From IMG/VR virus record IMGVR_UViG_2061766007_000483: DNA of 63,748 nucleotides. One strand, given 5' to 3'. The position numbers and the translations under genes were made by a program. The notes under the pieces are model-generated. The model was not told where the DNA came from and searched no databases. It was given only the letters and a program-made list of their open reading frames with translations. This document shows, piece by piece, positions 49,569 through 59,257 of the stretch; positions within the stretch are counted from its first letter, which is position 1, and the number at the start of each line of letters is the position of its first letter. This stretch comes from an uncultured virus (IMG/VR IMGVR_UViG_2061766007_000483). Taxonomy: Duplodnaviria > Heunggongvirae > Uroviricota > Caudoviricetes.

Positions 49569-49793
49569 TTATTTTATTTCAACTTCCCTCAAATATAGGT
49601 TCTTGCAATATGACGCGCTCAACCCGCACGTCAGAAGCGCGTGGCGCTTGTCAATGCCGTTCATTATTTCCTCCGCTTTGTTTTTGTCAAGATACACGGT
49701 CGATGAATAACGTCTGTGTTCGGTATGACCGAAATCGTTATAATCTTCATCGTTTTCGATGTGGCACTCCATCCAAATTTGATAACCTTTCAT
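49569..49793 (-). CDS. Small hypothetical protein
   Basis: Start reassigned to MKGYQIW. Confidence 0.5.
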   Translation of the reverse strand: MKGYQIWMECHIENDEDYNDFGHTEHRRYSSTVYLDKNKAEEIMNGIDKRHALLTCGLSASYCKNLYLREVEIK

Positions 49794-49835
49794 AACAATT
49801 ATTATTGAATTATTCTTAATAAACAACTTTTTCTT

Positions 49836-50252
49836 TCATTTCTTTGAAAAATATTCTACAATTTTCTTCCATTCGGTTTCGGGGTCAAATCCGAAACGGT
49901 CATCAATGCCGACATTGAAATATAGTTTGCTTTTGCCGCAATAGAAATCATCATCCATCACTTCAGGGTTTTCGTTCACATAATCGAATGCAATGCCTCG
50001 TTTCTCCATATTCGCAAGAAACTCATCAATCTTGTCCTTATGCGAACCTGTCCATAATATGAGTGAAATGTCATCTCGCATTGACATCATTTTCAGGGCA
50101 ATCAATGACCATTCATACCACCAGTACAATTCGTGTTCCTGATGCACACCGTGCATAATGGTATCGTGCAAATCAACAAGGACATATATCTTGTTCCAAT
50201 TTTTGCGTTCCTTTTCGTTGAACGCTTTTTCAAATGCTTTTACTATACTCAT
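49836..50252 (-). CDS. HAD-like phosphatase-family protein
   Basis: VDLHDTI, LILWT, VNENP, IDDR. Confidence 0.75.
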   Translation of the reverse strand: MSIVKAFEKAFNEKERKNWNKIYVLVDLHDTIMHGVHQEHELYWWYEWSLIALKMMSMRDDISLILWTGSHKDKIDEFLANMEKRGIAFDYVNENPEVMDDDFYCGKSKLYFNVGIDDRFGFDPETEWKKIVEYFSKK

Positions 50253-50261
50253 AATTATTGG

Positions 50262-50741
50262 TTAGAATTTTTGGTTATTTTCATCAATTTCAAAAATATT
50301 CAATGTATAATTTCCATCAAAAATAAGGTTTAATGAGGAATAGAATTTTGATGAGTTGATGAGTTCCGCAAATCTGATAGGTTTTTCAATTTCGCGACAA
50401 TAACACCGAATTGCAAGCGTGTTGTGTGATGCCTGCACTTTTGAAATGGCAAAAATCATTTTGTTGCTAATATAACTGAAATCAAATTTATATTCTTTGA
50501 GCAGTTTTGATTCTTTCGGGACATATAAGTGTAAGTATGATGAACACCCTGAAATCATATTTGCAATCGTACCTAATTTATTATCTGGATTTTCATTTGG
50601 CATCCACATTTTGATGTCACAGTCTATGGTGAATGTGAATAACGACTGCGCTTCGCTTATGTACCTGCGGCCATCGTATTTAACACTTACACCACCATAA
50701 TCTATCGTGTCCTTCAGGTTTTTGCTATCGGTTATTCTCAT
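50262..50741 (-). CDS. Hypothetical protein (MRITD tag)
   Basis: 159 aa after the promoter motif at 50757. Confidence 0.65.
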   Translation of the reverse strand: MRITDSKNLKDTIDYGGVSVKYDGRRYISEAQSLFTFTIDCDIKMWMPNENPDNKLGTIANMISGCSSYLHLYVPKESKLLKEYKFDFSYISNKMIFAISKVQASHNTLAIRCYCREIEKPIRFAELINSSKFYSSLNLIFDGNYTLNIFEIDENNQKF

Positions 50742-50810
50742 TGCTTTTTCTCTTTATTGAATATAATAAAAAAGTTCGGAATTATCTACTTTAGACTTGT
50801 AGATTTGTTT

Positions 50811-53438
50811 TTATTTCAAGAATCCGAGCGTATAGACCATAGGTCTCATCTTGCTCTCCAACGCCTTGAACAACTTGACAAACTCCTCATAATCGGATTT
50901 GGCATATTCCTTTGCAAGTGCCTTGATTTGATACCAACCGCAGTCCCAATTCATAATCTGATATTCGGGATGCTCGCTGTCAAAGAGTTCACGGTACTTG
51001 AACGTGTTTCTGACAATCTCATTCGCCTTGTCCAAGACTTTTTGTGCTTCGGGTGACAATGTTATGGATTGCAGTTTCTCATAAACATACCTTTCCTTTG
51101 AGGTTCGTGCGTCATTGTAGGTTTGGGTGAACCCGTTTGTGTTCGCCAAATCCTCAATGGTCTGTTTCGGCATCCAGAAGAACTCGTTTTTGATGTCCCA
51201 CTTCCTGCCCTTGTATTCAATGTTACGGAGTGAGGATTGGTTGGACGATGTATTAAAAAGCGAATAAACAACACTGCCATTCACAAACTCGTTCCATTTC
51301 TCGTGGTTTGTATTGGGGGCAAGATATTCGTCCTTGTCGTTAATCCAATTACCAACAATCAGTTTTCTTGCGGCAAATAAGGCAGTACAACGGTCAAAAT
51401 TCTCTCTCATTACAACAACTCCGTGGGCAGAGGCAAAAGGCGTTGCATNNNNNNNNNNTGTGAGGTTAAGTGAACCGCAGCAGTTGTCCCACACGACATA
51501 TTTCTCTTTNNNNNNNNNNGTATAGAATTTGCGTTGTTATGAAAATAACCTATGGCATCAATATTAGTAAACGGCGCACGTTCACTTTCTTTAATCTTAA
51601 TCGCATTGGACATACAAGGAAGTTCTGTATCCATTTTTACCCCTTTAATTGGTTTCCTGACCCATTCTGACGCTTTAACCAATCCATTCGCATTATATAG
51701 TATTTTAGAGTCTTTATCAACAATCTCACCATCTAAACATTCAGCACAAATATGATTGAAATTGTTTTTATCTTCACTTACTCCATTTTCCCAAATATTA
51801 AAAGTAATACCCCACTTGTCACTCACATCGGCAAAATTACTTGCATTAAAGATAATACCATCGACAATACGGAAGTTGTCACAAAACACATTGAGAAAAT
51901 TCGCTTGTTTACCACCTGTCAAGTAAATAGGTTTAGAGAAAAGTGCTATATGTACATTAGTGAGGTTGAAGTCATTTTTAATCTTCATAATACGGTACAT
52001 AAACTGATGTTGGAGATTTTCAGCACCACTGCCAAGATTATCTACAATCATCTGTTTGCGAACCATAGTATTATTGATGCCGTTTTTACTTGTTTCACCT
52101 TGATTACAAGCAGTAGCATACGGAGGGTTCAAAAAGAAAACGATAGGTTTGTTTTCCAACAAGGCATCCTTCAGTCCTTTCGGGAGTTTGTCGTTATACA
52201 CTCCGAGCAAAGAATCCCTGCCAGCAATCTCATCGTTGAGGAAGTCAAATTGGAACTTTATCGCTTCGGGGTTGTATTCAGCACCGATGTTAAGTTCGCT
52301 TTGGTACAGCGTGGAGCAGTAGAGTTCACCGAACTTGTAGTCACGGGTTAGGTTGCCAGTCCCCCAGCAGTTGTCCCACACGACATATTTCTCTTTCCAA
52401 TCCTCTCCGAGAGACTTGGAAATCATATCGTGTGCATAGTCCACGAACACGGTAGGTGTCCAAAAATCACCGCTTTTGCGTCTGTCGGCATCAATGATAA
52501 GTCTGTCTGCGATGCTCTTCAACCGCATAGTTTCCTGCGGTGTATAGTTTCTTTCAAAATAACTGAAGAACGACTCAAACGCCTTGCCGTTCACATTGAC
52601 ATTCTTGCCGTTGCAGACAAGGATGTTCTTGTTCACTGGGTGTTGGAAATAGTTCATCTTGTCCCCTATCACGCCCATAAAGATTTCAACGAGGTCGTGA
52701 CCGCTCAATTTGGTTTTTCCAGTCAGAACATTCTTGCAGAAGTAATCAAAAATCTTGGAGAGGTTGTGTTCGGTGACTCGCACATATCTTTTCACATTAT
52801 CCGCCAAGTCTTTGATTTTGTCCGCAACAACCTTGAAGTCAAAATTGTTGTCAATGGTGAAAATGAACGGGTTGATTTGCTCGTCCTTTGAGATTTTCAG
52901 AACCAAGTCTGGGTTTGCTGCCGCAGCATTTGATGGTGAAACTGACCAATCAACGTCTTCATCAAGATACTTTAGGAGTTCGTTGGTGTGCATAACGAAG
53001 CACTCGTCCTTGTCACCGACCATACACACATTTGGCAGAACCATACCGTTCTGCTCAAACCTCTTGATGTAATAGACAACCTGCACAAGCACCTTCGCCC
53101 GTGCCACGCTGTTGGTCATCATCTCGTTGAACTTGTACTCNNNNNNNNNNCGGCAGAACCATACCGTTCTGCTCGAACCGCTTGATGTAATAGACAACCT
53201 GTACAAGCACCTTCGCCCGTGCAACGCTGTTGGACATCATCTCGTTGAACTTGTACTCAATGATTAGTTTGAGAACCTTGCCGTTGTCGGTTTTGGTATC
53301 AACGAATCCGTCACACGCAAATGGGTATTTTATCCCGTCTGTCGGAAAATAGAGGTTGATGCCTTCGTTGTAAACATCCTCTACTGTACGCTCTATTTGT
53401 GCGTCTTTGATTTTGTCAAAAAACTTGCCTTTACTCAT
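50811..53438 (-). CDS. Type IIG-like fused endonuclease/N6-adenine methyltransferase (broken by three gaps)
   Basis: CDG...IIEYK...Q...Y nuclease motif; GDFWTP, WDNCWGTGNL, FLNPPY; TRD-like C-terminal region. Confidence 0.75.
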
Positions 53439-53477
53439 AAATAACTATAATTTAACTTGTTAATTTGTTTTCAAAAA

Positions 53478-53891
53478 TCACCACAATCCGTTTCGGAAAC
53501 TGTATTTGCCGCTTCTGCCGCACAACTCAAATTCAACGATGTCAACAATCGTTTTGTCATTGTAATCAAGGTTGTATATGCTGACAATGCCTTCAAGTTC
53601 TTTAAGCATCTCCATACCATAGAAGGGATGTATCCTGCGACTGCCACCACCCGTATGCCCGAACACATTGTGTATGTGCCTGCTGATTTCAATAACACGT
53701 CTTGCACATCCGTCAACATTGTCCTCCCGTATCGCAATGGACAACTTCCGCTTGTTGTTGAATATGTCCTGACCTAACTTTCGCTCATAATCACACACAT
53801 ACAAAACGACCTTGCATACACAGTCGCCCAAACCGATGTTGAGGCACAAGTCGTCAATCCCCGATTTAAGTTGTGATTCGCAAAGTCTCAT
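53478..53891 (-). CDS. Hypothetical protein (MRLCE tag variant)
   Basis: 137 aa. Confidence 0.6.
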   Translation of the reverse strand: MRLCESQLKSGIDDLCLNIGLGDCVCKVVLYVCDYERKLGQDIFNNKRKLSIAIREDNVDGCARRVIEISRHIHNVFGHTGGGSRRIHPFYGMEMLKELEGIVSIYNLDYNDKTIVDIVEFELCGRSGKYSFRNGLW

Positions 53892-54085
53892 AGTTTCGTT
53901 ATTTCGCTCTCATTGAGGGCGTATGGGATGTCCTTGCAGGGATGGTCGTCATCACAGACCAACCTCCCGTACAGGTTGCCGTCCTCACCGCGATAGACAA
54001 CGAGGTCATAACCCCAATCGTCGTGTACCTTGTCACCGACTTGCAGCAGAATGCCGTTCTTGTCAAATGCGAATTTCTCTGCCAT
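53888..54085 (-). CDS. Small hypothetical protein
   Basis: DKNG..LQVGD. Confidence 0.55.
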   Translation of the reverse strand: MAEKFAFDKNGILLQVGDKVHDDWGYDLVVYRGEDGNLYGRLVCDDDHPCKDIPYALNESEITKL

Positions 54086-54088
54086 AGT

Positions 54089-54739
54089 CTATCCGTTATA
54101 TCGTCTGTACTGTAATTTCGTGTAGATGAACCACTCCGCCGCTTTCTCCGCTTCCGCCCTCGTGTTCCATTTCATATTGCCGTCCTTGTCAACGATGTCC
54201 GTATTTCCGATTTTCGCGTACCAATGGGTTCCCTTGATGTTGAGGTCGGGCATATTCCACTGCATATATTTCACATCTTCAAGATGGATTTGCGCCTCAA
54301 CGGGATAGACGAGTTCGTCCTTGTAGCACTCATCTACAATCTCATCGTCAGCAAGCATTCGTGTCTCAATAACCCCGTTGTCAAGGTAGAGGTCTTTGCC
54401 GCACCTGAAATTGTGGAGTCGGTTGTTGATGACCTCGTTTTCAAGTTTGAGCGACATTTCAAGGAATGTGCCGCCCTCCAACTGAAGCATTGATGTCACG
54501 GCGCGTGACCACGGGGTGACGGGATGCGCGTGGTACATCCAATAACCTTCGGGTTTGGAACTGTCCGCAATTTTGTGAGACGACTTGACCCAATCATCCA
54601 GTCCCGCCTTGATTTCGGCGCCCATCACTTTCTTGAAATGCTCAATCAGTTGTTCCTCCGTCTGCGGGTGGAAATACCAAGTCCCCTTCTCACTGCCGCC
54701 TTTTCTTCTGATTTTTACAAAATGATATTTTGTCTCCAT
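54089..54739 (-). CDS. Hypothetical protein
   Basis: 216 aa. Confidence 0.7.
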   Translation of the reverse strand: METKYHFVKIRRKGGSEKGTWYFHPQTEEQLIEHFKKVMGAEIKAGLDDWVKSSHKIADSSKPEGYWMYHAHPVTPWSRAVTSMLQLEGGTFLEMSLKLENEVINNRLHNFRCGKDLYLDNGVIETRMLADDEIVDECYKDELVYPVEAQIHLEDVKYMQWNMPDLNIKGTHWYAKIGNTDIVDKDGNMKWNTRAEAEKAAEWFIYTKLQYRRYNG

Positions 54740-54750
54740 TTTTGTTTTGG

Positions 54751-55146
54751 TTAAACGTGTATTCCGTGTATATATGCAGTCCGCCCCTCAATGAAGTACA
54801 GAGTCTCGGTTGTGAACAGGAACTTTTGCAGATATTGGCACATAAACCTAACACACTCTCTTTTTTTCAAGTCAAATTCGGTCAGGTCATAAATGCGCCA
54901 AATCTTGTCAAGATTGGCGAACAGTTCCTTTGTCCGCAGATACATATCGTCCTCCGTGAACCCATCAACTGGATTGCATAGTGGAAGTATTCTGTTGCGG
55001 AACAAATTCTCGTGAAGTTCGTTGCGTTTCACCTCAAATGTGTATGGGGTGCTTGCATCATCCGCATCATACTTGTAACTCATTATGCTGTGCAGAAGTT
55101 CAACATAATCAATTATTTCATCATAAATTTCATCTTTCCAAGACAT
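54751..55146 (-). CDS. Hypothetical protein
   Basis: Start MSWKDEI, downstream of a promoter motif and a palindrome copy. Confidence 0.65.
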   Translation of the reverse strand: MSWKDEIYDEIIDYVELLHSIMSYKYDADDASTPYTFEVKRNELHENLFRNRILPLCNPVDGFTEDDMYLRTKELFANLDKIWRIYDLTEFDLKKRECVRFMCQYLQKFLFTTETLYFIEGRTAYIHGIHV

Positions 55147-55228
55147 AGTTTTCAATTTTTGTGATACATCATTGATATATCTTTTATTGAATATAATAAA
55201 AAAATCAAAAAAAATGTTCGGTTTCCGA

Positions 55229-55801
55229 TTATTCAGTAAACGGAATGTCGTCCAACGGGGACAGGACGACTGACCGTTTTGTTGGGTCACCGTTAAGTTT
55301 CACACACTTCACCTTGAACTTCTGTTTCTGCACGACTTCCTGCAACCTGTCAAATATGAGATTTCGTCTGTCCGTGACTTTGGTGACAAACTTGAACCCA
55401 CCGCAACTTTCCTCAATGGAGATGTCAAGATACTTCGTATGGTATGGCGTATAGGTGTACTTGTCAACACTCCACTCGCAGAAAAGTCGCACGGGTGTCT
55501 CGCCTGTGATGAGGTTTTTCTTTCCGACAACGGACATTCCGAAAGGTTTCAGTTCCATAGAATAGAAGTATCTTGTTTTGAGGAACTCGCACTCCTTCGG
55601 TTTTACCAAACTGCAAACAATCCTGAACATAACATTTTTGTCAATTCCATCCCTTATCATCGTTTCAATGTTCGGGTTCCTGCGAAAAAACCTGTCCTTG
55701 AACGGGGAGTCATATTGCACGACATTCAGCACAAGGGAATATGTACATTCAAACTCATCCCTGCTTGTGGTGTCAATTATGTTGGTGTCGCTTAATTTCA
55801 T
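55229..55801 (-). CDS. Hypothetical protein (MKLSD tag)
   Basis: Start reassigned to MKLSDTNIID. Confidence 0.65.
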   Translation of the reverse strand: MKLSDTNIIDTTSRDEFECTYSLVLNVVQYDSPFKDRFFRRNPNIETMIRDGIDKNVMFRIVCSLVKPKECEFLKTRYFYSMELKPFGMSVVGKKNLITGETPVRLFCEWSVDKYTYTPYHTKYLDISIEESCGGFKFVTKVTDRRNLIFDRLQEVVQKQKFKVKCVKLNGDPTKRSVVLSPLDDIPFTE

Positions 55802-55826
55802 TGGAACAAGTTTAATCGTGAAACAA

Positions 55827-56570
55827 TCAGAACAATCTCTTGTTCGCCGCATCCAATCTTTTCTTCGCTATGTCAAAATAAGTTTTATCAAGTTCAATAC
55901 CGATAAAATTGCGGTCGGTGTTAATGCACGCGACTCCCGTAGAACCACTGCCCATCGTATTGTCCATTACAGTGTCGCCCTCATTAGTGTATGTCCGTAT
56001 TAAATATTCAAGCAAAGCAACGGGTTTCTGTGTGGGGTGCAACCCAACTTCCGTGTTGAACTTTTGATATGATGACGGCACACGTTCCTCCGTAAGCACA
56101 AGGTTTTCCTTTTTGTCAAAGTCACGGTAGTTCGATGATGAAGTGTCAAACGATATGCTGTACTTAACACGGTCAACACCTCCGCCCGTGCGCTCCTGCA
56201 TCTGCTTGTTGTAAGTCCATTTGCCTTTTGAGAAGCACAATATGCTTTCGTGTTCTTTCATAGGTTCTCTCACCGTATTCGCGAAGTTGCTTCCTCTGTT
56301 CTTAATCCAAATCCACTCGTGACGAAACATCTTCAAGTTAGACACAACTAACATTGATGAAAACGGTTGCCCGCCGAACAAACATATCATAGCATTCTCC
56401 TTGCACACTCTGTCATACGATTCCCACAGTTTGTCAAATGGTATGACAATATCCCACTTATTACTCGTTATGCCGTATGGAAGGTCGCATATAACACAGT
56501 CAACGCTATGCTCTTCCAAACTCGCCATCACGTCAAGACATTCTCCGTTGTATAGTTGTAACTTGCTCAT
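55827..56570 (-). CDS. N4/N6 DNA methyltransferase
   Basis: CDLPYG, HPTQKP, DNTMGSGST. Confidence 0.93.
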   Translation of the reverse strand: MSKLQLYNGECLDVMASLEEHSVDCVICDLPYGITSNKWDIVIPFDKLWESYDRVCKENAMICLFGGQPFSSMLVVSNLKMFRHEWIWIKNRGSNFANTVREPMKEHESILCFSKGKWTYNKQMQERTGGGVDRVKYSISFDTSSSNYRDFDKKENLVLTEERVPSSYQKFNTEVGLHPTQKPVALLEYLIRTYTNEGDTVMDNTMGSGSTGVACINTDRNFIGIELDKTYFDIAKKRLDAANKRLF

Positions 56571-56587
56571 ACTTTACATATAACAAA

Positions 56588-56613
56588 AAACTGACGCAAA
56601 ATTGCGTCAGTTT
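56588..56613. terminator. Hairpin, probable terminator for the minus strand
   Basis: aaactgacgca-aaat-tgcgtcagttt. Confidence 0.6.
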
Positions 56614-56679
56614 GTGATTTTTTTGGAATTATTCCTTTTAGTCTTGTGGATTATTTACAACGGAATTTCGTCATCACGA

Positions 56680-57024
56680 TTATTTCCACCACTTAAATTC
56701 AAAATGGACTTCCTCTGACCCATTTTCTCTTGATGACGAAGCGTGAAATGTTGCTCGTGCGATTCCTGATACGAATTTATCAATACCAAGTATCGCCAAT
56801 GCTTCGTCCCATTTTATTTTTGTATTGTTATCTCCTTTGAAAAACTTCATTTTTCCTGTCTGTACTGCGAATTTTATGGAGTCAAAGTCCTCTTCTTTAT
56901 ACCCTTGTTTCAGCAGGGCGTCTTTCATTTCTTCCGTCATTTTGAAGTTATTGAACCCCTCGTTAATCGGACGTGTGGTTTCTGTTTTTTCAACCATTTC
57001 GTCTATTCTCTTAATGTGTGTCAT
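56680..57024 (-). CDS. Late protein with RIDEM N-terminus
   Basis: MTHIKRIDEM...PINEG; TATAAATA at 57051. Confidence 0.7.
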   Translation of the reverse strand: MTHIKRIDEMVEKTETTRPINEGFNNFKMTEEMKDALLKQGYKEEDFDSIKFAVQTGKMKFFKGDNNTKIKWDEALAILGIDKFVSGIARATFHASSSRENGSEEVHFEFKWWK

Positions 57025-57053
57025 ATTCAATTTGTATATTTTTCTTGTATTAT

Positions 57054-57296
57054 TTATATCTCAAAAACATCCCCATTCTCCACCCTGTATTTTTTCAGCG
57101 GGGCGAATTTCCTTGAACACCTGATTCCGCTTTTTGTCCTGAACTTGAACCCGTTTTCAAGTTCAAACATATACTCATATCTGTATCCGAAATACTCCCC
57201 ATCTTCAAGGTTCTCTATGTCAGTTGTCATAGGATGGATGCACTCGTTCACTCCAACGACATCACCGACAAACTCTTCAATACTTTTTATTTTCAT
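57054..57296 (-). CDS. Small protein with MKIKSIEEF N-terminus
   Basis: 80 aa. Confidence 0.6.
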   Translation of the reverse strand: MKIKSIEEFVGDVVGVNECIHPMTTDIENLEDGEYFGYRYEYMFELENGFKFRTKSGIRCSRKFAPLKKYRVENGDVFEI

Positions 57297-58641
57297 TTTT
57301 GAGCAGTTCCTTCTTCAATGCTTTCAGGTCATCCGCATACATATCAAGCGGCACCCGTTTCCTCATATTTATAAGTTCGGCGTTCTTCTCATCCTTCTGT
57401 TTCAACAGTTCCTCAAACTTTTCCTTTGTGAGGTTGTAGATGCCCATATTGGTCAGATAGTCATAGGATGAGTTCATCTTGTCAAACTTGTTGTCGGACA
57501 ACCATTTTACCACCTCCGCCTTCGGAACATTGTTCACTTTCAGTTTCTTGTCAATGATGGACTTGATGAACCTCGCCTTGTTGGTGATGGTCATAAGTTC
57601 GCTTTCAAGTTTGTCTATGAGGTATTTCTTGCGTTTCTCATACCAAGACAACCTGAACTTGCAGAAGTAGGGGATGATGTCCTCCGCCTTGTCAAACACA
57701 AGGAGTTTTCCGTTCTCATCTATCGTGACAATGTTCTCCGTCTCCGAACCGTTCACTTTCAGTATGCCTTCAAGTTTGTCCGACTCAATGAGGGTTTTCA
57801 AATCCGCCCTCGTGAACTTCAAGGTGTAGCAGACGTTTGACGATGAGTTGTTGTCATAGTCCGCGATTGTCTTTTTCTCACAGAGTCCGTCAAGGTATTC
57901 CTCATATTTCTCAAATGTTACTGACGGCGGCAGTTCGGTCACTTTAACAGTGGTCGTGTTTACGACCACATATTTGCCTGAAACAATCCACCTGTTCGGG
58001 TTCTCCTTGTCCCTTGTGAACACACCGTCAAATTCACTGAACCACGGTTTTAGTTCCTTCACTTTCTTCCCTTTAAGGAAGTCAAGGCAGGCGTCAATCA
58101 AATCAATGGGGTTTCGGTTCAGGATGTTCGTTGAATATCCGACCGCGATTCCCGAACTTCCGTTCAAAAGGACTGTCGGGATGATTGGCAGAAAGAAGTT
58201 CGGTTCAACGGGGATGCCCTCCTCCATCTTGCTTTCAAGCAGTTCAAAGTCCTTGTAAAGGAGTCTGAAATTTGATGAGAGTTTTGTTCCGATATAACGG
58301 GGCGCCCCCATTTCAGGAACCCTCAACGACCCATACTGACCTATGCCTTCAAGCAACGGCAGGGAGTTCTTGTATGTTGTCCCCATAAGCGAAATTGCCT
58401 TGTTGAGCGAGGCGTCGCCGTGAGCATACAATGCGAGACTTGAAACGTGACCTCCAAGTTGGAACACCTTCATCGGTTTCTCATTCCCGTTCTTCCACAG
58501 TTTGTTCGCTATGTAAACTATCTTCCTCTGCACGGGTTTCAGACCGTCTATGCAGGACGGGATTGCCCTGTCCTCAACAACGGACTGCGCGAACTGTCTT
58601 TGGTCAACGTCAAGAAAATTGTCTATTGTTCGTGTGAGCAT
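57277..58641 (-). CDS. Type IIA topoisomerase DNA-cleavage subunit (T4 gp52/GyrA-like)
   Basis: RAIP..IDGLKPVQRK, YAHGDASL, GAPRY (catalytic Tyr), LLNGSSGIAVG. Confidence 0.95.
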   Translation of the reverse strand: MLTRTIDNFLDVDQRQFAQSVVEDRAIPSCIDGLKPVQRKIVYIANKLWKNGNEKPMKVFQLGGHVSSLALYAHGDASLNKAISLMGTTYKNSLPLLEGIGQYGSLRVPEMGAPRYIGTKLSSNFRLLYKDFELLESKMEEGIPVEPNFFLPIIPTVLLNGSSGIAVGYSTNILNRNPIDLIDACLDFLKGKKVKELKPWFSEFDGVFTRDKENPNRWIVSGKYVVVNTTTVKVTELPPSVTFEKYEEYLDGLCEKKTIADYDNNSSSNVCYTLKFTRADLKTLIESDKLEGILKVNGSETENIVTIDENGKLLVFDKAEDIIPYFCKFRLSWYEKRKKYLIDKLESELMTITNKARFIKSIIDKKLKVNNVPKAEVVKWLSDNKFDKMNSSYDYLTNMGIYNLTKEKFEELLKQKDEKNAELINMRKRVPLDMYADDLKALKKELLKNENKKY

Positions 58642-58681
58642 AATCTCGTTTCTTTGAAAATAACAAAAAACGAACTTCTTT

Positions 58682-59248
58682 TTATAACGGCAGATTTGAT
58701 TTGATGAGATTTTTGTGTCCAAGGAGGAACTCCTTGTCAAACACCCCGCCGTAGGTCTTCATAGAATCCGCCGCCATTATGCGCAACGCGCTTTCCGCAT
58801 CCCAAGATTTCAGGAACACATATTGGTTCTTTGTCACATCGTCATTCCCTCCGAGTTCACGGGTGACGTCAAAATAACTCCCGTTGTAGGAATTGAATGC
58901 GTGTTCAATCGGGATGCCGTACACAATCATATAACCCTCGCAGTATTCCACGCCGTCCTGACCGAGCAGGTCTGCCGTCCTGAACGCATCTGCAAAGCAG
59001 TTCTTTTCCGCAGGGCGGACATAGCGCTTTATGTCCCTGACGGTTTCGGCGTCGAACAGGGAGTTAAGGGAAACGCACTCGACAGGTCTTATGAGCGACA
59101 GTTTCAAAGCGGCGAGTTCCGCTTGGTATTTCGCGCTGAACCCGCTCATTGCCTTCAGCATTTGCTTCACAGGTGCCATATAGGAGTCGTCTATGATGTT
59201 GTTGTCACTCAACCTCTCATTGAGTTCATTGTATGTGAGTGTTTTCAT
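58682..59248 (-). CDS. Transglutaminase/papain-like fold protein with targeting-like N-terminus
   Basis: NCF, YCEG, EHAFN, FDVT (C-H-D); late promoter at 59266. Confidence 0.55.
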   Translation of the reverse strand: MKTLTYNELNERLSDNNIIDDSYMAPVKQMLKAMSGFSAKYQAELAALKLSLIRPVECVSLNSLFDAETVRDIKRYVRPAEKNCFADAFRTADLLGQDGVEYCEGYMIVYGIPIEHAFNSYNGSYFDVTRELGGNDDVTKNQYVFLKSWDAESALRIMAADSMKTYGGVFDKEFLLGHKNLIKSNLPL

Positions 59249-59257
59249 AAAGAGTGT

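Noticed and set aside
57277..58641. Lone topoisomerase subunit as a split or broken gene
   Set aside because: T4-like phages normally encode gp52 separately from gp39/60
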